A DNA stretch of 64,000 bases from Cellvibrionales bacterium (GCA_026708525.1 JAPOUS010000133.1:568-64567), one strand, 5' to 3'; shown: positions 1 through 11,509, numbered from the stretch's first letter. Notes: generated by a model not told the origin, from the letters alone. Made by a program: numbers and translations.

Positions 1-720
1 TATAAAAATATATAACAATATCCGCATTTCTTTTAGCTCGCCAGATTCAACTTATAAACGCATAACCTCTATGCTGCCAAGTTAGACATGCATTGCTCTA
101 TAAGTTCGCCAAATCTGTTAATCAATAGTGGGTGGCGTTTCACTGGCCCGCACTACAAGCTTTGTGTTTACCCGACTATAGGTTTGACGTGATATAATAG
201 GGCTACTTTCTTAAGCTAAAGCTGCTTGTTTCAGTTTTTCGCTGGCTGCCTCTTTAGATTCCCCCTTCCATTGCTATCACTAACGCCTTTAGAAGTTGAC
301 GATATTCCATTGATATTAGCGTTATATCTTGCCGAAGGCCTAAATGTCATCCTCAAAGGTTTCTTGTTAGAGCTGATCACTTAATACATCTAACAGCGTA
401 ATCAGATTAATTCCCTTAATTGTTTTATGGTGCTTCCCTGACCAAAAGTGGCCAATGTAAGCAATGTAATTGAGAATAGGCAGTTTGGCCTAAATTCCAG
501 ATAAGGGGGTAAATTCTTCGCTAAATTTCTTCAAATAAGCCAGCTATACGCAGAAATTTTTTATAGAATTTACCTTACTTCGATAAGGCGTGTGTTGGTA
601 AAATAAAAGGTACTGTGGAAAGTTTATTAAAGGAGGTCAGCGTATGATTCTCCTTTGGGGGCTTCAGAGAGCAGATTCTTTTTTGTAATGCCATCCATGA
701 TGGCAAGTGATTATGTGAAA

Positions 721-1005
721 TTAATCAAAAATAATCGCAGTGAGGTATTGTCGTTCATCCCTAACGGTTCTAACGACTTTACCGGTCGCTTTAAGGGGGT
801 GGTTATCATCAAGTATCTCAACGGATACTGGCGTATCAATTTTGATGTGTTCGTTTGCCTTCACCAAAATACCCGACTGGCTGTAGTTACAGCATTTAAC
901 CGTTAGCGTGTATTCATCGGTTAAATTGGTTAATGCAGCTTCGCTGCTGATGGTGATGCGTTTATCGCGACGTTTTTCAACGTATTCGGCGTCAACTGTT
1001 GTCAT
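721..1005 (-). CDS. small stand-alone PilZ-domain protein (c-di-GMP receptor-like)
   Basis: Lies in ORF 721..1038(-). It carries both PilZ signature motifs: RRDKR (RxxxR) and NYSQSG ((D/N)xSxxG). The track start at 1038 is GTG. The in-frame ATG at 1005 has AAGAGG 6 nt upstream, so I prefer 1005. Confidence 0.6.
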   Translation of the reverse strand: MTTVDAEYVEKRRDKRITISSEAALTNLTDEYTLTVKCCNYSQSGILVKANEHIKIDTPVSVEILDDNHPLKATGKVVRTVRDERQYLTAIIFD

Positions 1006-1163
1006 TGCAAGCCTCTTGATTATGCCTTCCGTATGCACTTTTTATTGTTTTTATTATTGGGGAATCATCTGATCGTATAGTTGATAATAATTCCAACGAT
1101 TTAGGGTATTAAATCACCTAGTATTTTTCAATTGAAGTTATTTTTGTAAAAAACGGACATGCT

Positions 1164-1188
1164 GCTCAATTCATTAAGGGAATTGAGC
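1164..1188 (-). terminator. hairpin downstream of tal (candidate terminator)
   Basis: Perfect 9-bp stem GCTCAATTC/GAATTGAGC with a 7-nt loop, just 3' of the tal stop. On the minus strand the T-run (TTTTTT) begins about 10 nt after the stem, so this is not a textbook intrinsic terminator. Confidence 0.4.
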
Positions 1189-1199
1189 GGTGGTTTTAT

Positions 1200-2159
1200 C
1201 TACACGGGTATTTTTGCTAGTTTTTTCTCAAGCAAGAGTTGATCTTTGGTGAATAGTCGAATGCCTTCAGCAAGTTTTTCTGTTGCCATGGCGTTATCAT
1301 TGACCAAGAACCTAAAGTCCGTTTCTAACATAGGGCTGGGTTTTTCATGAAAGCACGAATCTTCATCTTTAGGTTTTAAGCTTGCTGTCAGCTCGCCAGT
1401 ATCTTGTTTAAGATCGTTTAACAATGTAGGTGAGATGGTGAGTCGATCGCAGCCGGCTAGCGCTTCGATTTGTTCCGTGTTTCTAAAGCTTGCCGCCATA
1501 ACGACCGTGTTATATCCTGCATTTTTATAAAAACTATGAATGGCTCTTACGGATTGCACGCCGGGGTCTTGGTCAATATGTGTGACTGACAAATTTTCAT
1601 GTTTTTTATACCAGTCAAGGATGCGGCCAACAAAAGGCGAGATAAGATAAGCACCTACATCAGCACATGCTTTGGCTTGCTCAAATGAGAAAATCAGTGT
1701 CATATTGCATTGAATGCCCTGTGCTTCAAGAATTTTTGCTGCCTGTATGCCTTCCCAGGTGCTGGCTATTTTGATTAAGACGCGGGATTTATCAATGCCC
1801 AACTCACCATATAAATCGATAATGCGTTTGGCTTTGTCTATCGTTGCTGTTGTATCAAAACTCAGTCTTGCATCAACTTCAGTGGATACCCGCCCATCAA
1901 CATGTGAAAGAATTTCCTGGCCGATTAACGTTGAGAGCTTATCAGCGGCAATTTGCTGTAAACAACCGCGGGCTGTGGTGTTTTTGGCATAGGCAATGGA
2001 TGCGTTTAACAGCGGTTCATAATGAGGGAGTTCAGATGCCTTAAGCAATAAAGAAGGGTTAGTGGTGGCGTCTAGCGGTTTATAGGATTTTATTGCTTGA
2101 ATGTCGCCGGTATCGGCAACAATGGTTGAGTATTTAACTAATTGATCCAGCTTATTCAT
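1200..2159 (-). CDS. tal: transaldolase (class B type)
   Basis: 319 aa and full-length. The N-terminus [41 protein letters not shown] and the motif [13 protein letters not shown] (Schiff-base Lys region) are typical of TalB-type transaldolases. Confidence 0.95.
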   Translation of the reverse strand: MNKLDQLVKYSTIVADTGDIQAIKSYKPLDATTNPSLLLKASELPHYEPLLNASIAYAKNTTARGCLQQIAADKLSTLIGQEILSHVDGRVSTEVDARLSFDTTATIDKAKRIIDLYGELGIDKSRVLIKIASTWEGIQAAKILEAQGIQCNMTLIFSFEQAKACADVGAYLISPFVGRILDWYKKHENLSVTHIDQDPGVQSVRAIHSFYKNAGYNTVVMAASFRNTEQIEALAGCDRLTISPTLLNDLKQDTGELTASLKPKDEDSCFHEKPSPMLETDFRFLVNDNAMATEKLAEGIRLFTKDQLLLEKKLAKIPV

Positions 2160-2177
2160 GGGGTATCCTAAAAATCG

Positions 2178-3137
2178 TTAGAGCGCTTTCCGTATCTCAT
2201 CTAACCCAGCTTGAATATTACTACCACTCAGTTGCCTGCGAAATTGTCTTGCGCCTGGCAAACCGTGATACAAACCTAACATGTGCCGAGTGATGTGATT
2301 TAATTTAACACCCTTTTGACACTCCTGCTCAATATAAATCACCATTTTTTTTAAAATTTCTTCTCGCGTAAGTGCCGGTGAGGTTTCGTTGAATAAAGTT
2401 TGATCAATATTCGAAAGGATATAAGGGTTATGGTAGGCTTCTCGTCCCATCATAACGCCATCGCATTGTGTTAGATGCGCTCTGGTTGCATCCATGGTTG
2501 TTACACCGCCATTAATTACAATTTTGGCGTCAGGAAATTGTGCTTTTATACGATAGACTCGATCATAATGCAGTGGTGGAATTTCTCGATTTTGTTTTGG
2601 GCTTAAGCCGTTTAGCCAAGCTTTTCTCGCATGGATAATAAATATCCGGCAGCCTGCCTGGTACAGGGTATCAATAAAGGTGTGTAAAAAAGCTTCGCTG
2701 TCTTGTTCGTCCACGCCTATCCGGCACTTAATGGAGATGGGGACATTCGATGCCGAAACCATGGCTTGGTAGCATTCAGCAACCCGTTTGGGGTCAAGCA
2801 TCAAGCAGGCGCCAAAACGGCCAGACTGAACGCGATCCGAGGGGCAGCCGACATTTAAGTTGATTTCATCGTAGTGGTAGGGCTGGGCTGTTGTGCAGGC
2901 TGTTATTAAAGCCTCGGGGTCTGAGCCTCCAAGCTGTAGAGCGACAGGATGTTCTTCCTTGTTAAAGTGCAAAAAGCGTTCGCTATCGCCGAAGTTAATA
3001 GCATTGGCGGTCACCATCTCTGTGTATAGCCGAATGTGCTTGGAAAACAGCCTAAGAAAAAAGCGCGCGTGGCGGTCAGTCCAGTCAAGCATAGGGGCAA
3101 TGCAAAATCGATGGGAGTCGTTTGATAATTCAGGCAT
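2178..3137 (-). CDS. dusA: tRNA-dihydrouridine(20/20a) synthase DusA
   Basis: 319 aa. CIAPMLDWTDRHARFFLR at the N-terminus and INLNVGCPSDRVQ (catalytic Cys region) are characteristic of DusA. ATG start. Confidence 0.9.
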   Translation of the reverse strand: MPELSNDSHRFCIAPMLDWTDRHARFFLRLFSKHIRLYTEMVTANAINFGDSERFLHFNKEEHPVALQLGGSDPEALITACTTAQPYHYDEINLNVGCPSDRVQSGRFGACLMLDPKRVAECYQAMVSASNVPISIKCRIGVDEQDSEAFLHTFIDTLYQAGCRIFIIHARKAWLNGLSPKQNREIPPLHYDRVYRIKAQFPDAKIVINGGVTTMDATRAHLTQCDGVMMGREAYHNPYILSNIDQTLFNETSPALTREEILKKMVIYIEQECQKGVKLNHITRHMLGLYHGLPGARQFRRQLSGSNIQAGLDEIRKAL

Positions 3138-3198
3138 GAAAGATGGGGTAATCGTTGGTAAAGCAAGTACTAATTATACGCGCTAGCCGTCAATGGGG

Positions 3199-3606
3199 CT
3201 AGTCGCACTTGTGGTTATTGGATTTTGCTCTAAAGCCTTTTTGTATCCCTGGATGTGAGAGTAACTCATTGAGCCGTTGGGCTTTGGTATCGTCATCAAT
3301 AGCTTCATGTTTAATGGATGGATCGACTAAAGGTGATAAATCAATCGTCATAGGGTCGGAGGGCGCTGTTTCTTCTTGATTTGTTGAAAGGGGCATTTGG
3401 GGCTGAATTGAAGCTAAGTGATCCTCAAGCAATTGAAGTGTTGCTAAAAGGTCATCGATTTGTTGTGTTTCCGACTGGCTGTTTTGTAGTTGGTCGAGCC
3501 GTGAAGAGAATCGTGCAATCTCGCGTTGGATAAGATCAATGTCGCAGGGCGACTCTTTGCGCAACCAGTTAGCGCAACGTTCAGCGTAGCGTGATGATGA
3601 ACTCAT
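3199..3606 (-). CDS. hypothetical acidic coiled-coil protein
   Basis: 135-aa ORF with an ATG start and no overlap with neighbours. The Q/L-rich heptad-like middle section is LDQLQNSQSETQQIDDLLATLQLLEDHL. I recognise no family. Confidence 0.45.
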   Translation of the reverse strand: MSSSSRYAERCANWLRKESPCDIDLIQREIARFSSRLDQLQNSQSETQQIDDLLATLQLLEDHLASIQPQMPLSTNQEETAPSDPMTIDLSPLVDPSIKHEAIDDDTKAQRLNELLSHPGIQKGFRAKSNNHKCD

Positions 3607-3642
3607 GAAAGACTCAGGCGGGCTCTTTAAGTTACCCAGTGT

Positions 3643-4101
3643 TTAATTTGCCCCAATAATGGCAAATTGCCCAGTAAATGTCACGGCTAATTGCCCCTTA
3701 TCGAAGGTTTCTGAGCTTATCTCAATAAAAGCTTTTTGATTTTTGTTGAAGTCGTTAAAAAATTGCTCCCAGTCCGTCGCATCAATATTTTGGCTTTTCG
3801 CTAAGATGGTAGGGCTGCTAGCTGGCGCGAAGTAATCGATTTCGGCGTGGCGAACCACTAGGTTGGGTTCAATGCCTCGCTCGAAGCATTGGATAAATAA
3901 AAGCCCGATGCTTGTGGTTAAATTCAGGCAGTAAAGGCTGCCCCCAAAAGCCGTCATTTTATCGTTGTGATTTTTAAACAAAGGCATCGAAAGGGTAAGC
4001 TTGCCTGCCTGATAATCTTCAAGCTGAATGCCCATGTGTTGAATAAGCGGTAGATGTTTCGTGATGAATGCGCGAAGTTTATCGGTTGCTAACTCAGTCA
4101 T
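3643..4101 (-). CDS. hotdog-fold thioesterase, YiiD C-terminal-domain-like
   Basis: 152 aa. The overall pattern (GIQLEDY..GKLTLSMPL..N.N...TAFGGSLY.L..T..G) resembles stand-alone YiiD_C/putative thioesterase proteins. The assignment is by eye only. Confidence 0.5.
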   Translation of the reverse strand: MTELATDKLRAFITKHLPLIQHMGIQLEDYQAGKLTLSMPLFKNHNDKMTAFGGSLYCLNLTTSIGLLFIQCFERGIEPNLVVRHAEIDYFAPASSPTILAKSQNIDATDWEQFFNDFNKNQKAFIEISSETFDKGQLAVTFTGQFAIIGAN

Positions 4102-4135
4102 AAAACCCTCACTTGTAAAAAAATTAAATTCTTAC

Positions 4136-4164
4136 TTGCAATTTATTCTGGCTTTAGGCATTAT
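4136..4164 (+). promoter_or_regulatory. candidate sigma70 promoter for tRNA-Leu
   Basis: TTGCAA, 17 nt, CATTAT, followed by a GC-rich discriminator (TCGCGCCGC). It lies about 35 nt upstream of the tRNA 5' end. Confidence 0.35.
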
Positions 4165-4199
4165 TCGCGCCGCTGGTGACAGCATGCATTTCAACCTTT

Positions 4200-4285
<86 letters not shown>

Positions 4286-4761
4286 AAGTTTGAAATGATC
4301 TCCGCATAATTTTATGTCCTTTATTCTTGAAATACACTTTTTTTTTCTCTATCTTAATAATTCCACTTGTGATTAAGAAATGATCAGTTTGTGTGTTGGT
4401 TTAGTCTGTTTGTTGGGTGTGTCTTTGTTAAATTGATTGAAGATAGCCTTACTATATCTCTTAGAGCGAGGATTGCAGTTTTTTAATTTTACTGAATAAA
4501 TAAAAAGTCGAATAAAATAAAGGGAATAGCAGTGAGAATCAGGACGATTAAAAATAAAGGTGTAATTGGCGAAATATTAAAACCTGAACTGTGTTATCCT
4601 AATGATAACGAATATGAAAATAATAATAAGGCCATGCTGCGGTATTTGACGATTGGCTCGGTTGTCGTTGGACTAATAATTACGACTTACTTAGTATTGT
4701 AATCTTATATCGCGTATGGTCAGCTCTGGTGCAATGCGAATAAAATAAAAGCTTTGCTGTA

Positions 4762-5532
4762 ATGTTGGAAAGTAAAGAGATGCTGATTATGCGTGTTTCA
4801 AGGCTGTTTGATTCAAATATGTTTGGTTCATTTCAATGGTTATTAAGTGCTTCTCTCCTCGTGCTGATGCAGGGGTTGGCAGCATTGGTTTCAGCTGAGG
4901 CAATGACGCCTCACCAAACTATCGAAAGCAACACGCAAACGTTGATTAGCCTGGTACAGCAGGCCAAAGAAAACAAAGATGGTTCTAAAGGTTATTTCTA
5001 TACCAATCCGAATAAATATTATACTGAGTTATCTCGAGTGATTGATCCTATTGTTGATTTCCCAACTTTTACTCGAGGCGTCATGGGTCGATACGGGACG
5101 TCCGATTATTATCGCTCACTCAAAACTAAAGAAGAAAAGGCTGCTTTTAAAAAAAATTACCGACGATTTGTTAAAGAGTTTAAACAAGGCTTGATGCAAA
5201 CCTATGGCAAGGGAATGATGGCATTTAATGGCCAGACGATAAAAGTTCTTCCGCCAACAGCAAAAGATAAGCAGGCGATTACGAACCGAAAAATGGTGAA
5301 TGTCAGACAAATTATTATCAATCAGGGCAAAGAGTATGAAGTGATCTTTAAAATGCGCCCTGACCGCGACGGCAAATGGATTTTACGAAATATTATTATT
5401 GATAAGATCAACATTGGGGAGTTGTATAAGAAGCAATTCGAATCGGCAATGACCAAATACAAAGGTGATTTCTCAACAGTCGTTGATCGTTGGCTAGTTG
5501 ATATGGATAACGAAAGTAAGAAAAAGAAGTAA
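4762..5532 (+). CDS. MlaC/Ttg2D-family phospholipid-binding periplasmic protein (orphan copy)
   Basis: 256 aa with a signal-like hydrophobic N-terminus (LLSASLLVLMQGLAALVSAEA). The motif IDPIVDFPTFTRGVMGRY matches the conserved MlaC/toluene-tolerance core. Its position directly upstream of ibaG-murA matches the mla locus. The start is uncertain (ATG at 4762, 4780 or 4789). Confidence 0.6.
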   Translation: MLESKEMLIMRVSRLFDSNMFGSFQWLLSASLLVLMQGLAALVSAEAMTPHQTIESNTQTLISLVQQAKENKDGSKGYFYTNPNKYYTELSRVIDPIVDFPTFTRGVMGRYGTSDYYRSLKTKEEKAAFKKNYRRFVKEFKQGLMQTYGKGMMAFNGQTIKVLPPTAKDKQAITNRKMVNVRQIIINQGKEYEVIFKMRPDRDGKWILRNIIIDKINIGELYKKQFESAMTKYKGDFSTVVDRWLVDMDNESKKKK

Positions 5533-5642
5533 TTGTTATAGCCTCATTTTAAAAGCCCCTCGAAGGGGGTTGCCTCCTGCTGTTTTTATATGCCAATTTG
5601 TGCCATAATCGCGGCCACATTTTTTGATGTGGCTCTAATCCT

Positions 5643-5885
5643 ATGCAGGCAGAAGAATTAAAATCCTTGCTCCAAGAAAGTTTCGATGATGCAACTGTTG
5701 ATGTGCAATTTGATGGTTCTCATGTGCTGATCGATATTGTAAGTCAAGCGTTTCAAGGCAAGCGAACCCTACAGCGTCAGCAATTGATCTATAAAATCAT
5801 GGGTGAAAAAGTCTCTGACGGTACTTTCCACGCTGTGCATATGCAGCTGCATACCCCTGAAGAACGAACGGCTTCAGAAGGCTAG
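5643..5885 (+). CDS. ibaG: BolA-family protein IbaG (YrbA)
   Basis: 80 aa. The BolA-like pattern (F.GK..L.R...IY..........HA) and the conserved position immediately upstream of murA support the call. Confidence 0.75.
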   Translation: MQAEELKSLLQESFDDATVDVQFDGSHVLIDIVSQAFQGKRTLQRQQLIYKIMGEKVSDGTFHAVHMQLHTPEERTASEG

Positions 5886-7156
<1,271 letters not shown>

Positions 7157-7157
<1 letters not shown>

Positions 7158-7816
7158 TGACGCAAACGCAATTAACCATCGCATTGACTAAAGGGCGTAT
7201 TTTAAAAGAGACACTGCCTCTGTTAAAAGCTGCGGACATTGAGCCAATTGATGATATTTTAAGTAGTCGCAAATTGCTCTTTGAGACCAATCATCCCCAT
7301 ATTCGCCTAATGATTTTACGCGGTTCAGATGTGACTACCTATGTGCGCTTTGGTACAGCAGACATGGGCATTGCGGGCAAAGATATGCTAATGGAGCACC
7401 TGGCTGAAGATAATCACTCTAAAGATAAAGGCATTTATGAATTGTTGGATTTGAATATTGCCAAGTGTCGATTGATGACAGCAGGCCTTAAAGGGCAAAG
7501 AAGTGATGGCCTTAAACGTATTCGTGTGGCGACTAAGTTTACTGAAATTGCAGAGCAATACTATGCCGAAAAAGGTGTGCAAGCTGAGATAATTAAACTG
7601 TATGGCGCGATGGAGCTAGCACCTGTGATGGGTTTGGCTGATGAAATTATTGATATTGTTGATACAGGTAATACGTTAAAGGCAAATGGTTTGGAGCCTT
7701 GGGACAGTATAGCTGATATTAGTTCTCGCTTAATTGCCAACAAGGCCTCCATGAAAATGAAGCATGAAATGATTAAATCCATTGTTGAAAAAATTCGGCC
7801 AGTGGTTGCCGGATAA
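7157..7816 (+). CDS. hisG: ATP phosphoribosyltransferase, short form (HisG-S)
   Basis: The track ORF starts at 7100 inside murA. The conserved N-terminus [15 protein letters not shown] begins at ATG 7157 and overlaps the murA TGA by 1 nt. Its 219-aa length marks a HisZ-dependent short form. Confidence 0.9.
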
Positions 7817-7828
7817 ACAAAGGGATAG

Positions 7829-9124
7829 ATGATGAGAAAGCTCAATACTCAAGATGACAGTTTCCAAAAAGAATTAGCTGCACTGGTGGCCTTTTCTGAA
7901 GAAACCTCGCAGTCGGTTGAAGCGACAGTGAGAGACATATTGCATCAGGTACAGACAACGGGTGATCATGCAGTTCTTGAGTTTACTCAGCGCTTTGATA
8001 GGCTTGCGGCGCAAAGCATGGCTGAGTTGAGGGTGACGAGTGACGAAATCCAGGCGGCGAAAGCTCAAGTTTCAGAAGCTATATTGTCATCCTTGCGCAT
8101 TGCAGCTGACCGCATCAAAAGTTATCACGAACACCAAAAGCAAAACTCATGGCAATATGAAGAAGCTGATGGAACGGTGCTGGGGCAGAAAATAACACCC
8201 TTGGATCGTGTGGGCATTTATGTTCCTGGAGGTAAAGCAAGCTACCCTTCGACGGTGTTGATGAATGCAATTCCAGCTAAGGTCGCTGGCGTTAAAGAGA
8301 TCGTTATGGTCGTGCCTGCTCCAGATAACGAATTAAATCCTATGGTGTTAGCGGCTGCTGACATTGCTGGTGTGACCAAAATTTTTAAAATAGGCGGTGC
8401 GCAAGCTGTCGCAGCGTTAGCCTATGGCACAGAAAGTGTCCCTAAAGTTGATAAAATCGTTGGTCCCGGCAATATTTTTGTTGCGACGGCAAAGCGCCAA
8501 GTCTTTGGTCTTGTGGGGTTAGATATGATTGCGGGCCCCTCAGAGATTTTGGTTATCTGTGACGGTAAAACCAACCCTGATTGGATTGCTATGGATCTTT
8601 TCTCTCAGGCAGAGCATGATGAGAATGCTCAGGCGATTCTCATCTCTCCCGATGCTGATTTTTTGCAGGCAGTTGAACAGTCGATTGGTAAATTGCTTCC
8701 CACCATGAAACGCGCAGACTTAATCAATGCATCCTTAACGGGGCGTGGAGCGTTTATTCAAGTGGCGTCGCTTGATGAAGCGGCCCAAATCAGTAATCAA
8801 ATTGCGCCTGAACATTTGGAGTTATCGGTAGAGGATCCCGAGTCTTTGTGTGAAAAAATTACACACGCAGGCGCTATCTTTATGGGGCGTTATACATCTG
8901 AAGCCTTGGGAGATTATTGCGCTGGGCCTAATCACGTATTGCCAACCTCAAGTACGGCAAAGTTTAGCTCGCCATTGGGAGTATACGACTTTCAAAAGCG
9001 CAGTTCGATTATCTATTGTTCTGAATCTTCAGCCTCCGAACTTGGTAAGGTGGCTAGTCAGCTTGCCGAAGGTGAATCACTTGAAGCGCATGCTAGAAGC
9101 GCGAGCCTCAGAGTCAAAAGCTGA
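7829..9124 (+). CDS. hisD: histidinol dehydrogenase
   Basis: 431 aa. The motifs [33 protein letters not shown] and [13 protein letters not shown] are characteristic of HisD. Confidence 0.97.
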   Translation: MMRKLNTQDDSFQKELAALVAFSEETSQSVEATVRDILHQVQTTGDHAVLEFTQRFDRLAAQSMAELRVTSDEIQAAKAQVSEAILSSLRIAADRIKSYHEHQKQNSWQYEEADGTVLGQKITPLDRVGIYVPGGKASYPSTVLMNAIPAKVAGVKEIVMVVPAPDNELNPMVLAAADIAGVTKIFKIGGAQAVAALAYGTESVPKVDKIVGPGNIFVATAKRQVFGLVGLDMIAGPSEILVICDGKTNPDWIAMDLFSQAEHDENAQAILISPDADFLQAVEQSIGKLLPTMKRADLINASLTGRGAFIQVASLDEAAQISNQIAPEHLELSVEDPESLCEKITHAGAIFMGRYTSEALGDYCAGPNHVLPTSSTAKFSSPLGVYDFQKRSSIIYCSESSASELGKVASQLAEGESLEAHARSASLRVKS

Positions 9125-9586
9125 ATTGCTCTTATTTGATTGAAGGGCTTTGCAGCTATGTATGAGTTGCTCTCTTCCTCGGTAACGTCTTTTTATCCAA
9201 AAGTTTTTGGTGAAGAAAAAACGGAGGAAAATTATCAGGGTTTTGCAATATATTCTCCCTTTTTAAATTCACGTTTGATTCTTGTCACTTTGTTTGCTGA
9301 GGTAATGGCCTCAATCTGTGTGCTTGCATAGATTAAACTACAATTTGCACCCTTAAGTTTTAGGTTGTATTTGCCTGTGGGTAATTCAACGGTTAAAGGC
9401 TTGCCATTATAAGTGACAGTCCCTTTCAAGTTGTGCTTTCATGTCGCTATTGATGATTAAATAAAAAGCCGAGTGGAACAGCTTAAAAAATGGGGTTCAT
9501 AATGCGAAGCCCTAATTGTAATCATCAAGCTGCGCGTAAATTGTCATGTGAAAATTTACAGGCTGCTGCATTTGGCGGTTGATAGG

Positions 9587-10666
9587 CTAATAATGATTCA
9601 CCCGAATGGGTTTTTCAGAGGTGGGTTTCGTCCCTAGAGGGATGTTTAATACTCGATGTTCACTGCCTCTAAGAATCACAATTTTCGCATTGTCATTGGG
9701 TTTTAGGTTAGTAATCGCAAGTAATGACCTAGGTTGCTTAGAGAGTCGCTTATTGTTGAAGCTTATGAGGCTGTCGCCAACTTTTATGCCGTACATTTCA
9801 GCTGGTGAACCTGGGACGACATTATCGACAATGACTTTCTTGACAGATTTACCATGATCAAACGATTGATCTGTTTGAATTCTGACATCAATGCCTAGCC
9901 AGCCTCGAATGACAAATCCATGTTCGATAATGTCTTTGGTAACTTTTTGAACCGTTTCTATGGGAATCGCAAGGCTTATGCCGTTGAATTCCCCGGTTAA
10001 TGAAAAAATGGTCGTATTGATGCCAACAACTTGCCCTTTATCGTTGATTAATGCACCGCCAGAGCTGCCAATATTTAGGGCTGCATCAGTTTGGATAAAA
10101 TTTTCATACTGATTACGATTAAGGCCGTAGCGACCTTTAGCTGAGACAATACCTGCTGACACCGATTGACCAAACCCATAAGGGTTACCAATCGCTAGAA
10201 CGGCATCGCCAACCTGTATGGTGTCGGAACGCCCCAAGGTTGCTGACGTTAAATCATCCAAAGTGATTTTTAATATAGCAAGATCGGTTTCGGGGTCTTT
10301 ACCTAAAACGTCAGCAACGGCTTTTCTGCCATCGAAAAGCATGATTGTTATTTGGTCTGCACCATTAATGACGTGAAGGTTCGTGATAATATGGCCTTTG
10401 TTGTCATAGATGACACCGGAGCCAAGTGATAATTCATTTTTGGTGACAAAACGTTGTTTTTTTCGTAATTGTCGGTAAGAGTTAATGGATGTTTCACGTG
10501 CTTCAATGTCACGTGCAGATTTGGTATAGATGTTGACAACAGCGGGTGTCGCTTTTTTTATCGCATTTGGGAAATTGCTTGATTTTCGATCATCTTTTAT
10601 GAGTAGCACCAAGCCTGCTGCAATCAAGCCGAGTGAGAAACCAAACAAAATCGAAGCGCGTTGCAT
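9587..10666 (-). CDS. degS: DegS/AlgW-type periplasmic serine endoprotease (S1C, single PDZ)
   Basis: 359 aa with an N-terminal membrane anchor. It has the trypsin-like triad context (TNLHVI, DLAILK, GSSGGALIN) and one C-terminal PDZ domain. It sits in the degS-zapG-zapE-rplM neighbourhood, as in enterics. Confidence 0.85.
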   Translation of the reverse strand: MQRASILFGFSLGLIAAGLVLLIKDDRKSSNFPNAIKKATPAVVNIYTKSARDIEARETSINSYRQLRKKQRFVTKNELSLGSGVIYDNKGHIITNLHVINGADQITIMLFDGRKAVADVLGKDPETDLAILKITLDDLTSATLGRSDTIQVGDAVLAIGNPYGFGQSVSAGIVSAKGRYGLNRNQYENFIQTDAALNIGSSGGALINDKGQVVGINTTIFSLTGEFNGISLAIPIETVQKVTKDIIEHGFVIRGWLGIDVRIQTDQSFDHGKSVKKVIVDNVVPGSPAEMYGIKVGDSLISFNNKRLSKQPRSLLAITNLKPNDNAKIVILRGSEHRVLNIPLGTKPTSEKPIRVNHY

Positions 10667-10750
10667 GGCGACCCTAAGTTTGTTTAAGAAAAAGATACTC
10701 TATCAAGAGTAATGGATAATTTCGAATTGTAAACGTTTAAGAGAGCGAGT

Positions 10751-11509
10751 ATGCCTGTTCAAAGAGACGATTTGGTGACGTATTGTAATGAATTATTACG
10801 GATTGATGCATTTAAGGATTATTGTCCAAATGGATTACAGGTTGAAGGGGAGGCAGAGATTAAGACCTTAATGACTGGTGTGACAGCATCTGAAGCATTG
10901 ATTGATAAGGCTATTGAATTAAATGCAGATGCGTTACTTGTGCACCATGGTTATTTTTGGAAAGGAGAAAACCCCTGTATTACTGGGATGAAAGGAAAGC
11001 GTATTCGAAAATTAATGCGCAATGGCATAAATTTATTGGCGTATCATCTTCCTTTGGATGCTCATCCTGCCTTGGGGAATAATGCACAGCTTGGGCAGTT
11101 ACTTGGTCTGGCTGTCGAAGAAGGTTTAGATGATTCTGCTAACCCGGTGGGTTTTGTGGGGCGCTCGAATCAAGACGTAACCCTTGCTGAGTTTGCTCAA
11201 AAAATTGAGCAGGTGTTGGGGCGAACACCGCAGGTTTTTGGCGATTTTAACAAGAAAATTACCAGGGTAGGTTGGTGTACCGGCGGTGCACAGTCTTACA
11301 TGACTCAAGCGTTTGAAAAGTCGTGCGATTGTTTTCTTTCAGGGGAAGTATCAGAGAAGACCTATCATGAGTCTTTAGAGTTAGGTGTGGCATATATTGC
11401 AGCAGGTCATCATGCGACAGAGCGATATGGGGTTAAGGCGCTTGGAGAGCACCTTAAAGCAAAGTTTGATCTAGAGGTCATCTTTACTGATATCGACAAT
11501 CCGGTTTAG
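10751..11509 (+). CDS. Nif3-like dinuclear metal centre protein (YbgI family)
   Basis: 252 aa. LVHHGYFWKGE, the AYHLPLDAH motif and the C-terminal AAGHHATERYG are typical of the NIF3/YbgI family. Confidence 0.85.
   Translation: MPVQRDDLVTYCNELLRIDAFKDYCPNGLQVEGEAEIKTLMTGVTASEALIDKAIELNADALLVHHGYFWKGENPCITGMKGKRIRKLMRNGINLLAYHLPLDAHPALGNNAQLGQLLGLAVEEGLDDSANPVGFVGRSNQDVTLAEFAQKIEQVLGRTPQVFGDFNKKITRVGWCTGGAQSYMTQAFEKSCDCFLSGEVSEKTYHESLELGVAYIAAGHHATERYGVKALGEHLKAKFDLEVIFTDIDNPV

Noticed and set aside
631-688. Strong AGGAGG followed by a 14-codon mini-ORF (MILLWGLQRADSFL)
   Set aside because: AAAGGAG (630-636) pairs with CTCCTTT (650-656), forming a hairpin just 3' of the minus-strand PilZ gene. 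A terminator or stability hairpin is the simpler explanation. I have no evidence for a leader peptide with a downstream target on the plus strand.
655-906. 83-aa plus-strand ORF from the track
   Set aside because: It lies almost entirely antisense to the PilZ-motif ORF, which has recognisable signature motifs and a Shine-Dalgarno sequence. The 83-aa product has no recognisable features.
2178-3700. dusA 5' end as an integration hotspot for a genomic island
   Set aside because: No integrase, no duplicated dusA 5' segment and no foreign-looking block lies next to dusA. The neighbour is a small hypothetical gene followed by a thioesterase.
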